This document shows, in pieces, positions 37,425 to 50,546 of a stretch of 64,000 bases of DNA. Source of the DNA: Lama glama (lineage: Eukaryota); assembly GCA_028534125.1 (NCBI GenBank), contig CM052832.1:16742001-16806000 (forward strand). Reading direction: 5' to 3'. The notes under the pieces were generated by a model. It was not told where the DNA came from and searched no databases. It saw only the letters and a list, made by a program, of their open reading frames with translations. The translations under genes were made by a program, and so were the position numbers. How positions within the stretch are numbered: position 1 is the stretch's first letter; each line of letters begins with the position of its first letter.

Positions 37425-37440
37425 TGCCATCTGGTGGCCA
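37425..37440 (-). promoter_or_regulatory. CTCF motif TGGCCACCAGATGGCA
   Basis: Strong match to the CTCF core consensus. Confidence 0.7.
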
Positions 37441-37899
37441 AATAAATTAGAAACCTGCGATTACAGGGGTGGTGAGCTGGAGCAGGGCCTTTGCAATGCA
37501 GGAAAAAACTGTGCATGTGTCTTTTTTAGAATTATTCCCTTTTTGTCTTTTACTTTCCTCCCATTTTCCTATTAGAATATATCACTTACTCCATAAGTGC
37601 CAGGACATGGAACTTGATGGTGTCTGGATCCCTGCAGGGAGAGATAAGGAAATTTGGTCTTGGAGGTGAAACCAGTTATGACAAAAGGAAAAGGACAAGT
37701 TGGAATGGGTCCCTTTGCTCATGGTCAATTGTGTCCTGCTTCCAGATGATACACAGAGAGCAGAATCTTTTTAGGGTGGAGCAACATGGTAAGCAGAATC
37801 AGAACCCAAGGCCTGAAAGAGAACTTAAGAGAAAGTGTAGCTGTTCCCAGTATGTTCAAACCTCCTGGTCTGGATGGATTCCATGCTAGAGTACTTAAA

Positions 37900-38480
37900 A
37901 ACAAAACAACAACAACAACAAAGAAAACCCTGCCAACAATCTGAGGAATCATGGATGGGCAGAGAGATGTTCGAAGGTGGGAGGTAGCATAGCTCTGACT
38001 TCCAAAGGTGGAAAAAAGGTGAATATTAAAAACTACTTATCGGTGGCCTTGACAATGACCTCAGGCAAAAATCCTTAAATGAGATACAGAAAGATATTTT
38101 GTGAGCCCTAAGGAAAAGTAATTGTGTCCACCAGGGGCCCAGGAGGCCTCAGCAAGGGCAGGTCACACCAAAAAATCCACATGTCATGTTCTCTGGTCAG
38201 GGTTCTAGAATGACAGAACGAGGCAGTGTAATAACCCGGGGTCTGCATTTGATTAAGGCATTTCATGACATCTCAGATCACATCCTTCTGGAACAAATGG
38301 AGACATATGGAATAGATCATTGTACAGTCGGGAGAAACTGGAGCAGATCAAATGACAGCCATCCCAAGGAGATGGAAGGTTCACAGCTTGATTCTGCCCT
38401 GTTCAATATTTGTATGGTGTCTTGTGTGTGTGTTTAGCAAATATGTGGGTGGCACACAGTTTTAAGAAATAGAAAACTCA
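37900..38480 (+). mobile_element. CR1/L3 LINE relic (reverse transcriptase region)
   Basis: ORF 38186 LHLIKAFHDISDHILLEQMETYGIDHCTVGRNW resembles the CR1 RT motif YLDFSKAFDxVxHxILLxKLxxYGLDxxTVRW; an upstream KKG-x-NY-x-V-x-LT-like segment is also present. Confidence 0.7.
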
Positions 38481-38559
38481 TTGGATTCCAAAATCAATAC
38501 CCAAAATCCATCTGGACAGACCAAACAGATTCCAACAGGATGAAGTGGGTTTTTCTGCT

Positions 38560-39950
38560 CTCTGTCCCAAGATCTCATCTTCTTGTTAAATGACTGTTGC
38601 CCAAGTTTTCTCCAGCTGTGCTGAAATTTGCCCTCCTCCCCCCGATCCCCTCTCACTGTGGGGGAAAGCATCTCATTCACCTCAACCTCAAGGACTCCTC
38701 CCTTCATCCCTTCAGTACTTGCTCATCTCCCAGGGCTGGAACTGAAGCCATTGGGTAGATTGTTCTTTGCTTCCTTGACCAACCCCTAAATACTCAAGAT
38801 CACACCATTAGTATGTCCTCAGCCTCAGTCTCAGAAACCAGGTAACATCTTATTCCAGCTCAATCGCTCTTCCTGGCCTTAAACTCTACCCTCCCTCTTC
38901 ATCCCTAGACCACATGGTGTCAATCATCCTCTCTCTTGCCAGTATCATCACGCACCCCCTCTCCACTGCCTCCTTCCTCTTCTTCCTACTCTTAAAAGAA
39001 ACAAAATGGAAAAAAGAAGCCTTCATTTTTGCTTTTGCTATCTTCTTTTTCCCTTCTCAGTAAACTCTTCAAAAGACTCATTTCTACCACTTTCTGTCGG
39101 AGGCTGGGTTCTCTAGAAGCAGAAGCCAGGAAGGAGTCTGGGGTGCAAGACGCTGGTTAGGAATCAACACCTGTGAAGCGAAGGACCAGGAAGCAGGACA
39201 GGGCAGAGGGAGGAGTTACATTGGGCTTCAGGCCTGGCAAAGCCTCGGATAACTCCGTGGAGAGCTTGGAGCAGGTATCACCTATCAGAGCAAAGACAGG
39301 TCGGGCCAAAACAGCCAGATCTTTATACCCTGGCCCTGCTCAGTCACCACATGGAACTGCCCAGAGAAAGGAGGACCACGAAGGAGCTGACAGCTGGTGA
39401 TCGTCGGTGCACCTCCGTGTCTGCCACACTCTCCTTACTTCTAATCCCTCTCAGCACCACGGAAATATACCTCCTGTCTCCACTTTGATTCCAGTCATCT
39501 CATCCTTTGCCCCGCTCCAGATCCAAAGGGCTCATTTTGGTTCTTATCTTATAGCAGAAACCCTACTTCATCCATTTGGGGTTGATTAATTCTCTCTCTC
39601 TCTTTCAGAGGCCTTGACTCCCTTGATTTCCATAATGACTTCCTCGCTGACCTCTTCCTAACCTCTCAGCTGTCCCTCCCTGGCCATCAGGGGTCTTGGC
39701 CTCCCCTCACCACCTAAGTGTCGGGACTTCATCTTCAGTCCATCCTCCTCCTCACACCCTCCCAGGGTGACCTTGCCCACTGTCAGCTCTTTAATATCCA
39801 TTTGCACGCAATGACTCTGAAATCTACTCTCCAGCCTACTCTCTCCCTCCAAAGCTTCCGATGTTCATGTACAGTTGGTTGCTAGACGTCTCCATGCTAA
39901 CACTATCAGAACGGGGAGGTCCTGCTTCTCCTTTCCTGCCATGTTCCCAT
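38560..39950 (-). mobile_element. L2 LINE relic interrupted by an LTR-like insert (~39090-39420)
   Basis: Pyrimidine-rich L2 ORF2 antisense pattern (atgactctgaaatctactctccagcc...ttgctagacgtctccat). Confidence 0.55.
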
Positions 39951-42900
39951 CCTGGAAAAGAGTCTTTTTCCAGTGCAGGAATTGAGGGATCTTTTGAACC
40001 TGTTCCATCAAATTTCTTTTCTAGACAGCTAAACTTGCACAATCCTGTTGGGGCACGTGTATGAAAGCACTTTGAACAATAGCAAGGATTCTACAATTGG
40101 AAACTTGCATTTCTGATATATAAATAGCTGATGCTGGGTGCTGAAGCAAAAAAAAAAAAAACCCACATTCATCACTTCTTCTCTGATCACACCCTCCTCT
40201 TACCTAACCAGGTGTGAACCTCTGACTCAGTGGGTCCCCAGGAAATAGTTATTCAGAACTTCCTTATTAAAGGGAATGAGAGGTGGTAGTGACTTCTTTT
40301 ATAACATGCGTTTCTCCTAAAGAAAAGTGTTCTCCAAGCAGGTGGTTTTTAGCCATGACTTTTATTTCCTGTCCCGTACCCATGGGGGCAGAGGTCTTTC
40401 CCAAGGAAAATGATCTCCACTTTCTTTAAATGTATCATGCTTGGTGTATGTCTGTCCTTTCTTCCGAAATTGGAACTTCCGGTTGAATTCAATGAATACA
40501 TATCAAGCAAGTACAATGTGCCAAGGGAGGGCTGAGTACAAGACAATTCCTGCCTTAAGGAATCTGAAGGGTGGAGCAGGGAGTAAGTCTGATGCAAGCA
40601 CATGCCGGTTTGCTGATGATCTCAGAAGCTGTAGGAACTAAGAGCTGCGGGGTTGGGGAGAAGGGAAACGTCTCCATCCAAGGTGGCTTCATAAAGGCTT
40701 CTGAGACAGATTTCAAGAGTGAGTATAAGACAGAAATAAGCAAGAAAAAGTGATGACACATAAGGACTAGAGAGAAAAGAGTGACCAATGGCAAAAGGCT
40801 CTTATAAGATCTTAAGAGAATTGCAAAATAGAGACTAATAGGAAACATCCTTATAGCTAAGGTCAAATACTGAGACTATAGAAATACCTTGGGAGATAGT
40901 GAGAAGCAAGGTCATGGGAGAAAGGTTATTAAAACACCATTATTATCATTATTATTATAAGGAGGTGGGTAGTCGAGGCAAAATCATTGCCCCATTTCCC
41001 TTCAAAGACCTCCACTTACACTCCACCTCTTTTGGAACTTCCCTTTCTCGCTGTTATGGGCAAGATGGGTCTTAGTGGCTCCGAGACCCCACGTCCAGCC
41101 AGTTCCCCAAGGAAGGCAGTGCTCACTAGGGAAGAGATTGCTGCTGTGTTAACCCATCTCTCCCAGTTTGGTGGACTATTGTCCTTCGTGTTGCCTGAGT
41201 GGGTACCTTCCACCTACCTATCCCAGGTGTAACTAAGTGAGAACACTCTTTCTAGTTCTCTGTCTTAAATGAAGGAAGTGAGGTTTCATGGGGATAAAAA
41301 TGCTCAGGGTCTGGTGACCTCCCAAGGTGAGCTCACCAGCAAATGTTCCCAACTCCCATTGGGAAGACCTTGAAAAACCTGAGGCATTCCTGAAGTTCCT
41401 GAGGTCATGAGGAATACTGATAATACTTATAATTGCTAATGAAGTTGGGGTTTTTAAATTTTTGTTTTATTTTATTTCATTTTATTTTTAATTGAAGTGT
41501 AGTCAGTTTACAATAATGTGTTAATTTCTGGTGGAAAGCACAGGGATGAGGTTGGGGCTTTTAACACAACATGCCTGCAAAGAAGTTACCAGTTCCCTGA
41601 GATGATGGAGGAGGAGACTGGAGCTCAAAGATGCTATGTCCAGTCCTCCCACAGAGAAGCAGGGGCTGAGTCTGGTTTCCCAGAGGCCCTGGCAGCACCT
41701 AAAGGAGTGGGTAACATGGGTACCTCTTGTATATATTTATGGATTTTGCATCTAGGAAGTAATTTGGGGAAGCAGCACTTTAAGGCAGGACTACATCAGA
41801 CACTGTTTACTGAAGCTCCAAACAAGACAACATAGAGAGAGGGTGTCCTGGTTGAAGTTGTGTTTGGCTTAATCAATTAGGAGTTTATTTTTCTTATAAA
41901 ATATTCAAGGAGACTGGAGAAGACAGCCAGGGCTGACATAGCTGCTCAAAGAAGTCACCAAGAATCCAACCTCCTGCTATGTCCTTATGTCTATCCTTCT
42001 ACCTCATGAGGGCAAAGTGGCTGCTCCCGCCTCTGACATCACATCTACATTTCAGGCAAAAGAGAAGAGAAAAGAACAACAAAAGGCATGTTGCAACCAA
42101 ATTTATCTCCCCCCCCCCACCAAATCAATCAGAAAAGCAATTGTATTCCTGAAAGCCCCATCAAGTCAACTTCTGCTGATGACTCATTAGCCAAATAGTC
42201 ACGTGGCCACCTCTAGATGCAAGGGTTCTAAGGAAGCGTTTTCAAGCACATGGACACCCAGACAGGATTGAGGAGGCGCCACTGTTGAGGGAGAGGAGGA
42301 TAAGGGAGTTTGACGTGGCAACCAGCTCTGCCTCCCAGAGTATGTCAAGGTATACAGCCCAGTGACGAGATGGAGGAGGCTGCTGAGAAAGGACATTCTG
42401 AGCAGATGAGGAGGAGGGGATATATGAGTAATTCTCCATTTGAGCTGCAGGTACCTACATGACTTGTTCTCCTGTTCCTGTGGATGACATGAGGCTGACG
42501 TGGAGAGATCAGGTGGTTTCACTCGCCCCAGGCCACTGAGAGAGTTAGTAGCAAAGCAAGAACTCACACCATTTCCTAATTCCAAGCCTGGGTTCTTTCC
42601 ACTACCCTATGTATTGGCAAACTATGTTCAACTGACACTTAGAGAGCTACCGAGATGCCTGAGGGGCTCTGATGAGTATCTGGGCAGGTACACAGTGGGC
42701 AGGGCTCCACCCCACCACCTTCTGCACCCAGAAGCTCCTCCTTCGTTGTTTTTAATATAGTGAGCTTCTCTATGAGACTTAATTTGATACACGGGCTAAC
42801 CTGTCATTTTTTAAAAACGAGTCTGCTCTTTAACTATTCAGTACTTCCATTATTCGTTGTGCATTTTAAGATTGGATTATTTCATACCTTCACAGGTTTA

Positions 42901-43403
42901 AGTTGGAAGGAGCGGCCAGTGCACGTGGGGCTCCACAAACAGCTCATCCCAGTTTGATGTTGGTATCAGAAGACGTCACTCTCTAAAATGGAATTAAAAT
43001 GAGGAAGGCTGAGGTCAGTCACCTGCAGAGGCAATTAGGAAATGCGTCATGAGCTAGGCTGCGACCTCCCTGAGTGTCCCTCAGTGGAGCACAGCGTAGG
43101 CTGTACCCCGTGGGCACTGGCTGCATCTCACTCACAGCAGCAGTCTGGGGAGGCAGGGAGATGGCTTCCTAACAGAAGGTGTCAGTCTGAAGAAAAGAAC
43201 AGAAGGTGTCTGTCTTCAGCTTACTTTCATTCCATAGTCAAACATTGACTGGATGGAGGAAAGAAGGAAGAGAAGGGTGTGGGGTGGTTCAGTGACGATG
43301 CACAGATCTCTGGCTTTCAAGACAAGCAGGGGTGAAATCTACTGACCCGCATACAGGAGAGGAAGCGGCAGCCAGCCCACAGGAAGCCTTTGTGTGCATT
43401 TTA

Positions 43404-43514
43404 TTTTATTTTTTTCAGGTTTTTTTTTTTTTTTAATGGAGGTACTGGGGATTGAACCCAGGACCACGTGCATGCTAAGCATGCTCTCTACCACTAAGCT
43501 ATACCCTCACCCTC
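43404..43514 (-). mobile_element. tRNA-Ala-derived SINE (Vic-1-like), short form
   Basis: tRNA-like head, T-tract, perfect 13-bp TSD tgtgtgcatttta. Confidence 0.9.
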
Positions 43515-45097
43515 TGTGTGCATTTTAAGGACTCCTCAGGGTGAATAAATAGGAAAAGGCACTTCCTCTGGGCAGAGGCAGCCCATAGGCATACAAGCTT
43601 GGCAACAAAGGGCCCCTTCCTCTAGGCAAACAGCCCACACACTATGCCGGGGAGGCCAAGGGAGATGAGCACCGGCTGGAATTCAGCCCTACACATCACC
43701 TTTATGAGTTCACAGGCAGGGCCTTCAGGGCCAGCTCTCCCTGCGCCTCTGGTTACCTGTTGGGGTGAACGGGCCCGCATTCTATGCATCAAAGCATTTC
43801 CAGCTCCAGACAACGTCAGCCCTGGAAGGGAGAAGGAAGGGGCATGGAGAGGCTTCCTCCCTCTTCTTTTTTTGGTGTGTGGACACAGGTTCACACGCAC
43901 ACATGCACACACAGATCGACACATGCACGCAGTGTGCACAAACACAGACGGGGGCCTGGAGGGTAGGTTTAAGCCACTGAATATTTCAGTAAGAAAAATA
44001 ATGCCTAAAAATGGGACAGTTGGCAGACTTGGGGTAGGTGGGTCTTATTACTCACAATTCCTGGAATTATATTGCAATTATATCTTAGAAGTCCAACAAA
44101 TAAACAGTAAGTATAGAATTAAGGAATCACAGTGAGGTGAAGTTCACATTGAGGTGAAGTTCAAGGAAGCTGATGTTACTCACAGAGTAAATAAAGTAGA
44201 AAGCTGGGACCTCCCTATGTGCAGAGGGCCCTGGTGAAGAGTCTCACGGATGATCTCTGAAGCTCCAAGCATTCAAAGAGAGGGCATCAGACAGCCATCT
44301 TGCGGTGCCCCAAATTCCCTTCTCCCATTCCTCCTTCTCACAGAACCCGTTTTATTTCAATTAGCAATACTCCTCTGCCTTAAATTTTTTTTATTCTCAA
44401 CCTCTCATCCAGGAAGGAGTAGCTGTGTGACAGAGTTCTGGCCAAGGGAGTGTCAGCCTAAGTGACTGAACGGACCTGCAGAAGAGTTCTCTTCTAGAGC
44501 CGACCCTCCAGGCTTGGGTCCCTTTAGCCCTTTCCTCTCCTACTTCTCCCTGCCAGAAACACAAACGTGCTGGTCTGAGTTCCAGCAGTCACCCCAAGAG
44601 CATTTATTCATTGACTCAACAAAGACATGCTGTTCTCCATGCTGGGGAATCAGCATGAAAAAAACAGACAGCAATCCCTACCCTCACTGAGCTGACAGTC
44701 TGGTTGGGGGAGACAGACCATAAACAAGTAGACACATGTATGTAGTATGTCAGAATGTCTAAGTGTCAAGGAGGAAAATAAATTAGGCAATGAGGTTCTT
44801 GATGCAGGACAGAGTCAGCCCTATAGATGATGGTTCAGGAGGCTGGAGGGAGCCAGGTTCCTGCTAAGCTATTAGGAGCCCCTTTCTGTCCTTGAGAGTC
44901 ATTTTAAATGTGGGAAAATATTCTCCTAATTTGTTTATGTCACTGTTTTTCAGGTTTCTGTTACTACTAAGGAAATGCCATCCCCCAGCTGATAATGACC
45001 CTAAAAGAAGGCTGTCTTTTGTCTGGCTCAGTGAGTTTCTCAAATCTCATCCACATGAATAGGTTGACACAGACAGCAAGATGAATAATAGCTTCTT

Positions 45098-45255
45098 TTT
45101 TTTAAAATTTTTATTGAAGTGTAGTTGACTTACAATGTTAGTTTCAGGTGTACAGCAAAGTAATTCAGTTATACATACACATACATATATATTTTTTCTT
45201 TTCAGATCCTTTTCCATTATATGTTATTATAAGAAACTGAATATAGTTCCCTGTG
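45098..45255 (-). mobile_element. Short L1 3' end with TSD
   Basis: tttttattgaagtgtagttgacttacaatgttagtttcaggtgtacagca; TSD gaRtaatagMttctt. Confidence 0.8.
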
Positions 45256-45526
45256 AGTAATAGATTCTTGATCAAGTAACTGCGCTCACCTTCTTCTAGG
45301 TCCACACACAAAACACTGTTGTAAAATACAATGTTTTTTCACAGACCTTTTCTGAAAGACTGAAGGCTGAAACAGTTTCAGTAGTAGACTTGAAGTTATT
45401 TAACCTTACAGCAATGCATTAAATACTAATCTTCATATGAACAGAAGGTGGGAGGAGGATGTACAATGGAGAAAGAGGTGAGAGGGAGAAAAAGCCGGAG
45501 AGGGAGACCTGAGTCTTTGTCTATAG

Positions 45527-45993
45527 CAAAGGTTGCAAACTGCCTGCCAGGGCAAAACAGGAAATGCTAATGACGTCATAGCATGCTAGGGGTGAGAAAA
45601 ACAAGGCTCTTTCTGTCTCTTTGTTTTCCCACTTTGGAGTAAACATGTGGGTAGGGACTAAGCTTTCTCTGCTAGAAGAAAAACAGCTGTTCAAGCTAAA
45701 TGATAAATGCCAATTAACATTTCCTTCAGTGTTAGTGAGTCTGGGGACACCAAATGGACTCTAGTGACATGAAAGGGAGAGCTGCCATCCAGCTCCACTG
45801 TCACCAGGAATGAATGTGGGCCCCACCATGCCAGGTAGTCTGAATTCTTAAAATCTAGAAATCTGGATTTTTATGTGCAATCTCCCATTTTTAAATGTTG
45901 GGAATGCATTCAATATTTTTAAATAAACATCCTGCTAGCAAATTACATGTTTCTGCAGATATTCAGGCAGCAGGCCATCGGTTGGCACCCTCT
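45527..45993. mobile_element. hAT-Charlie-type DNA transposon (MER102-like)
   Basis: Imperfect terminal inverted repeats caaaggttgcaaac ... ggttggcaccctct. Confidence 0.5.
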
Positions 45994-46660
45994 AGTATAG
46001 TGAGGGGTTGGGATAAGTTGCCATTGCAAAGAAAAGTAAGGAAAAGCAAGGAGCTGTCTGAAAGTAGGTAAGGAAGAGGGGGAGGTGGAAAAGAAAAGAC
46101 CAAAGATGGTGAGATAAAAAGAGGGGAAAAAAAAATAAAGAGGAAAAATGTTGAAGAATGAGAGCAAGAGGTTGGGAAGCAGTGAAGAAAAGAGGAAGAA
46201 GGCAGAGAAGATGGAGAAGAACATATGAAAGGGAGGATATTTGAAAAGATAGGATTTAGTAGGGCTGCTGTAGGTAGAGGGTGGGGATTTAGAGTCATTC
46301 AACAGAGAGACAAGAATATGCAGGCACTGGGGGCGAACAGTGGCTCTACATGGTGGAAGAGAAAACCACAAATTTCTCAGCCTTTGGCCATCGCTTTTTC
46401 TTTTGATAGTCAGATAACTCAGGCTCCCACTTTTCTACAACTGCAGGAAGTCCAGAGCCCTAATCCAGGAAGTGCCGCCATTTTCCTGGTCAATATCACC
46501 TTCTCCTTTCTCTCACCGTCTCCCTGTGGGGGTCTAGCTTCTTCAGCCCCTCCCTTTCTTTACAAGCTGACAATGGGCTAGGCATCAACTCAGTGGAGGC
46601 TTAAACCATGGATAAGCCAGTCAAGAAACAGAATCATAGCCCAGAACACAGGAAAAGGTA

Positions 46661-47130
46661 TATTACAGAACCAAACTTGTGTCTGGTGGCCCAGAGCAGT
46701 AAAGTCAATCTACTAACACCGGGTTGTGGTGAAAGAAAGAGCAGCATTTATTGTAAAAGTGCCAGTCCAAGGAGGACAGGTGGCTCGTTCTCTAAAACCT
46801 CAAACTCCCTGAAGGGTTTCAGCAAAGCATTTTTAAAGGCAAGGTGAGGGAGGGGGGTCATAGAGTATGTGATCAGCTCGTGCACAACCCTCTGGTTGAT
46901 GGTGAGGTAACGTATCACAAGGATTAACATTATGAATCCTTAGGCCTGGGGGCTGTGCGCCCAGGGTCCTCAAGTAGTTAGCTTCCATTTGGTGGGGGGT
47001 TTTCACTTTTGTAAAACAACTCACAAAATGTGTATCAGGTGCTATCTAGGTACTTTAGAGAGGAGCTAAGGCAGAGGGTATGGAGGAAGGGTCTGCCCTG
47101 GGAAGGCCCCATGGGGCCTGCTCTGTTACA
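46661..47130 (-). mobile_element. ERV1 solo LTR
   Basis: Termini tattac...tgttaca, 4-bp TSD ggta on both sides, minus-strand AATAAA at 46752-46747. Confidence 0.82.
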
Positions 47131-47337
47131 GGTAGAATTCTGTGTCACAGATGACTGCTCCTAAAATGATCTCTGCCCCAGAGCGCCCCACTCCACACAG
47201 TTCTCACCTCTCTGCTCAAGGAAGATACCCTTTCTCTTCATTGTGCTCAACAATGTAACATCTCTTTGACTAGCCTCTCAGCTCAGACTCTGCCTTAATT
47301 TCATATAAGCAAAGGATACATTAAAGAGTTTTCTGTA

Positions 47338-47525
47338 GATAAGCAAGTTTCTACTGTATAACACAGGGAACGATATTCAGTATCTTGTAGTAACCAATAA
47401 TGAAAAAGAAGATGAAAAGGAATATACATATGTACACGAGTGACTGAAACATTATGCTGTACACCAGAAATTGATGAAACATTGTAAACTCACTATACTC
47501 CAATTTTTAAAAATGGAAAAAAAAT
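47338..47525 (+). mobile_element. Short L1 3' end
   Basis: ctactgtataacacagggaac...tgctgtacaccagaaattga...acattgtaaact plus A-rich end; homologous to 29540-29670. Confidence 0.8.
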
Positions 47526-49880
47526 TTGTTAAAGTTTTCTCTCAGGAAAGAGAAATATTCCCCCAAATAATAATTTTACTGTACCCTAAAGCAGAAAGAA
47601 AGAAAGGAAAAAAGAGAGAAAGAAAGAAAAGAAAACAAAACAAAACAGGCAGCTTGTAGAAGCTGAGGTACTGGAGCAGAAAGAAGAGACAGAGGAGACA
47701 GAGCCGAGAAGGCGGAGCAGGGTTTGGAGCTGATGTGGAGACAGGGCTGCTGTTCAGGCCCCGGAAGGGCTGTGGAATTCAAAGAGCTCCTGCCGTATCC
47801 TCGTTGACTGCAGCTTTCCCCTCGGCCAGGCCACACTGTCCAATGGCCGGTTTATCCTGAATGGCACTCTGGTCCTCCTCAAGGCCTGCGGACATTATTT
47901 GCTATTTTCCCTGCTCGCCTGTGTAGCCTTCCAAAGAGCCCACCCCTCCAGCTAACCTGGGAGTCTCTCTGCTCTCTGCCACCTGAGAGAGCTGAACACC
48001 TCCTGCACCTTAGCTTGTTCGTCGAGGACAGTCAGGGCTTTTGTTTGTGTGTTTGTTTTGTTTTCCAGTTGAAAGCGGGGTTGAGGGTTGGCTATGGAAT
48101 GGAAGTGTTAAAAATCTGAAGGCTGGAGAAAGAGATGCCCATTCAAAGGCGGAGAGGGGAGCTCTGTGCAGGTCCTGGCTCTATCAGATGTTATGTTCAG
48201 AAAACAAACTATATCTGAAAAAAGAGATAAGTGGCAGAAGGTGACCAGTCATTTTCTCACTGATCAAGTTGCTAAAAAATTGAAACCACCCTTGACCTGC
48301 AAGTAACCCCTTTTCTGCGCTTCTAAACAGACAGCAACACAGGCCACCTGCCCAGCACCCTCAGGCCCCACTGCTTTACCCACAAATCTTCCGCTCTTCC
48401 CCTGAGCCTCCTCTACTCCTGCCCCTTCCTCTCCACATTCCTTTCCCCCTTCTTTTCATCTATTCAGTCAGCAACAGATATGTAATGAGTGTCCACCATG
48501 TACCAGGCACTGTGCTGGCAATGGAATAAAAGATGACATGCCTGTCCCCCAGCCACAGAGCCTTACAACCCAGCGTGATGGCTGCAGAGTCTAGAGCCAA
48601 CCACGCTGCCCACATCTGAGCTCCGTGGGCGTCCGCAGGGGAAGTGGGTCGGGTCAGTCCCTGATGGAAAAGTGAGCAGAACCACAGGGCGCTGTGAACG
48701 TTTCATTATGGAGGCTACAGACCTAGGAGTGTCGAGCCCGGAATTCGATGTGTTATAAACCCAAATCCTGCTACTTACCAACTGAGCAACCTTACCTCTG
48801 AGCTTATTTTTCTTTCTGGGAATAACAACCATAGCCGACTAGCAGGTCAAGATTAGGTGGTTCATCCCTTGTAAAGCATTTAGCTCTTGGTTGTAGAAAA
48901 TAGCTAATCAACAGGAGGTGGTATAACAATATGGATCTGCCCTGGTTTCTGTGCGAGCGCACAGGAGGAGACGGTCCAGCTCCGGACTCCATCCTCCTTC
49001 TGCCCTCTTCTCCTCCTCCCTCTGATGCCATTCATCTCCAGGTAGAAAGCACTTCCTTATGTGGAAAACACGAGTGGGAGGTGGGTGGAAACAGGAAACA
49101 TGGATCACCAACAAAAACTGAGCTGAATGTCCCACACATGTGAACATCCTTTCACTCCCCCCACACACCCGCCGACCCCCACCCAGCTCGAGGAAGCCAT
49201 TCTCCACCCCACCCCCAAGCAGAACCAGCCCTCCCAGGCATCTGCACAACATGCTCCAGCTTGAATCACTCTCTGGACAGGTCTTTAGCCCATTCTTCCT
49301 GAAACCCGAAAGGTCATAACTCCCTTGAACTGCTGGAAAAACATTGTGCAGAAATCACAGAGTCCAGGAAAGAAAAATAGACAGCAAAATGAAAACAAAT
49401 ACCGAGAGTTGAAAAGATGTTTATTTTGATCCATGTCCAGCTTTGGCAAACCTAGAAAAGAATAAAATGTCCAGGAAAAGGCAAGCTAAAGGGAGGCTGG
49501 GGGAGGGAGCTAATAATATCAAATTTGAAACTCTGTATGAAAAAAAAATTGGTCCATTTATCATAGCATACAAAAGGATAAGATCCATACAGAATGTTAA
49601 AAAAAAAAAAGTGAAACCATGTAATAAGTACTGGGGGAAATGGGTGAATTTCTCTATAACTTGAGAGTGGAGAAGACTTTTATAACTATGACTAAAAATC
49701 CAGCTGCCATTGAAGGAGAAGATGAATAGATCTGACTACATAAAAATGTAAAAGCAAAAACTTTTATAAGAAAAAACATTATCATAAGCAAAGTAAAATG
49801 ACAAACATATCACAGACGAGTGGCTAACATCCTCAAAATATGAAGAGCTTCTAAAAGTAGAGGGAAAAGAACCAACAACT

Positions 49881-50546
49881 TGAAGGGGAGCTAAATAGGC
49901 CACCCAAAAATGTGTCACTTTGGCATGTGGACTGTTTTGAGCTGAAAGCAATCAAGACCCAGGAGACTCAGGAAAAGCTTTTTACCTCTCCCTTAACTGC
50001 TTAAAAGAGTTTAGATAGGGGGCCTGGCCCAGAAAGAGAGCTATAACCAGGGAGAGCTTTTTCACCTTTTTAAAAATTGTTTTTGTTTGTTTGTTGTGGC
50101 TTTTTTTTCAGGGGGAGGTAATTAAGTTTATTTATGTTAATGGCAGTACTTGGGATTGAACCCAGTACCGCACACCAGCTAGGCTAAGCGTGCATTCTAA
50201 CATTGAGCTACACCTTGCCGCCCCCCCATCCCCCGGCCAAGAGCTTTTTCATCTGAAAGACTCACCTGCTTGGCAGGGCAAACATCTAATGACCAAACAT
50301 CTGCTCTTCTCAGCCTCCTGTGAATTACCCACCTCCCCTTCAAGCCCCAGTACCCGAGCTCATTCCTTAGCTCAGGATGGCATATAAACCTCAATTGCAC
50401 ACTGCCTTTGAGTTTCATATTTTTAAGGGCTCTTACATGTCCCAAATTTGTTTTTTCTCTTGTTCATCCACCTTATGTCAATTTCACTATTAGACCAGCC
50501 AAAGAACCTAGAAGGGAAGAAGGGAAATTTTTTCCACTTCCAGACA
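49881..50546 (+). mobile_element. ERV LTR inserted in an old L1 and itself interrupted by a SINE
   Basis: TG...CA termini (tgaaggggagc...ttccagaca), catataaa TATA-like box, L1M sequence on both sides. Confidence 0.68.
50065..50239 (-). mobile_element. tRNA-Ala-derived SINE inserted into an ERV LTR
   Basis: 12-bp TSD agagctttttca at 50053-50064 and 50240-50251. Confidence 0.85.
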
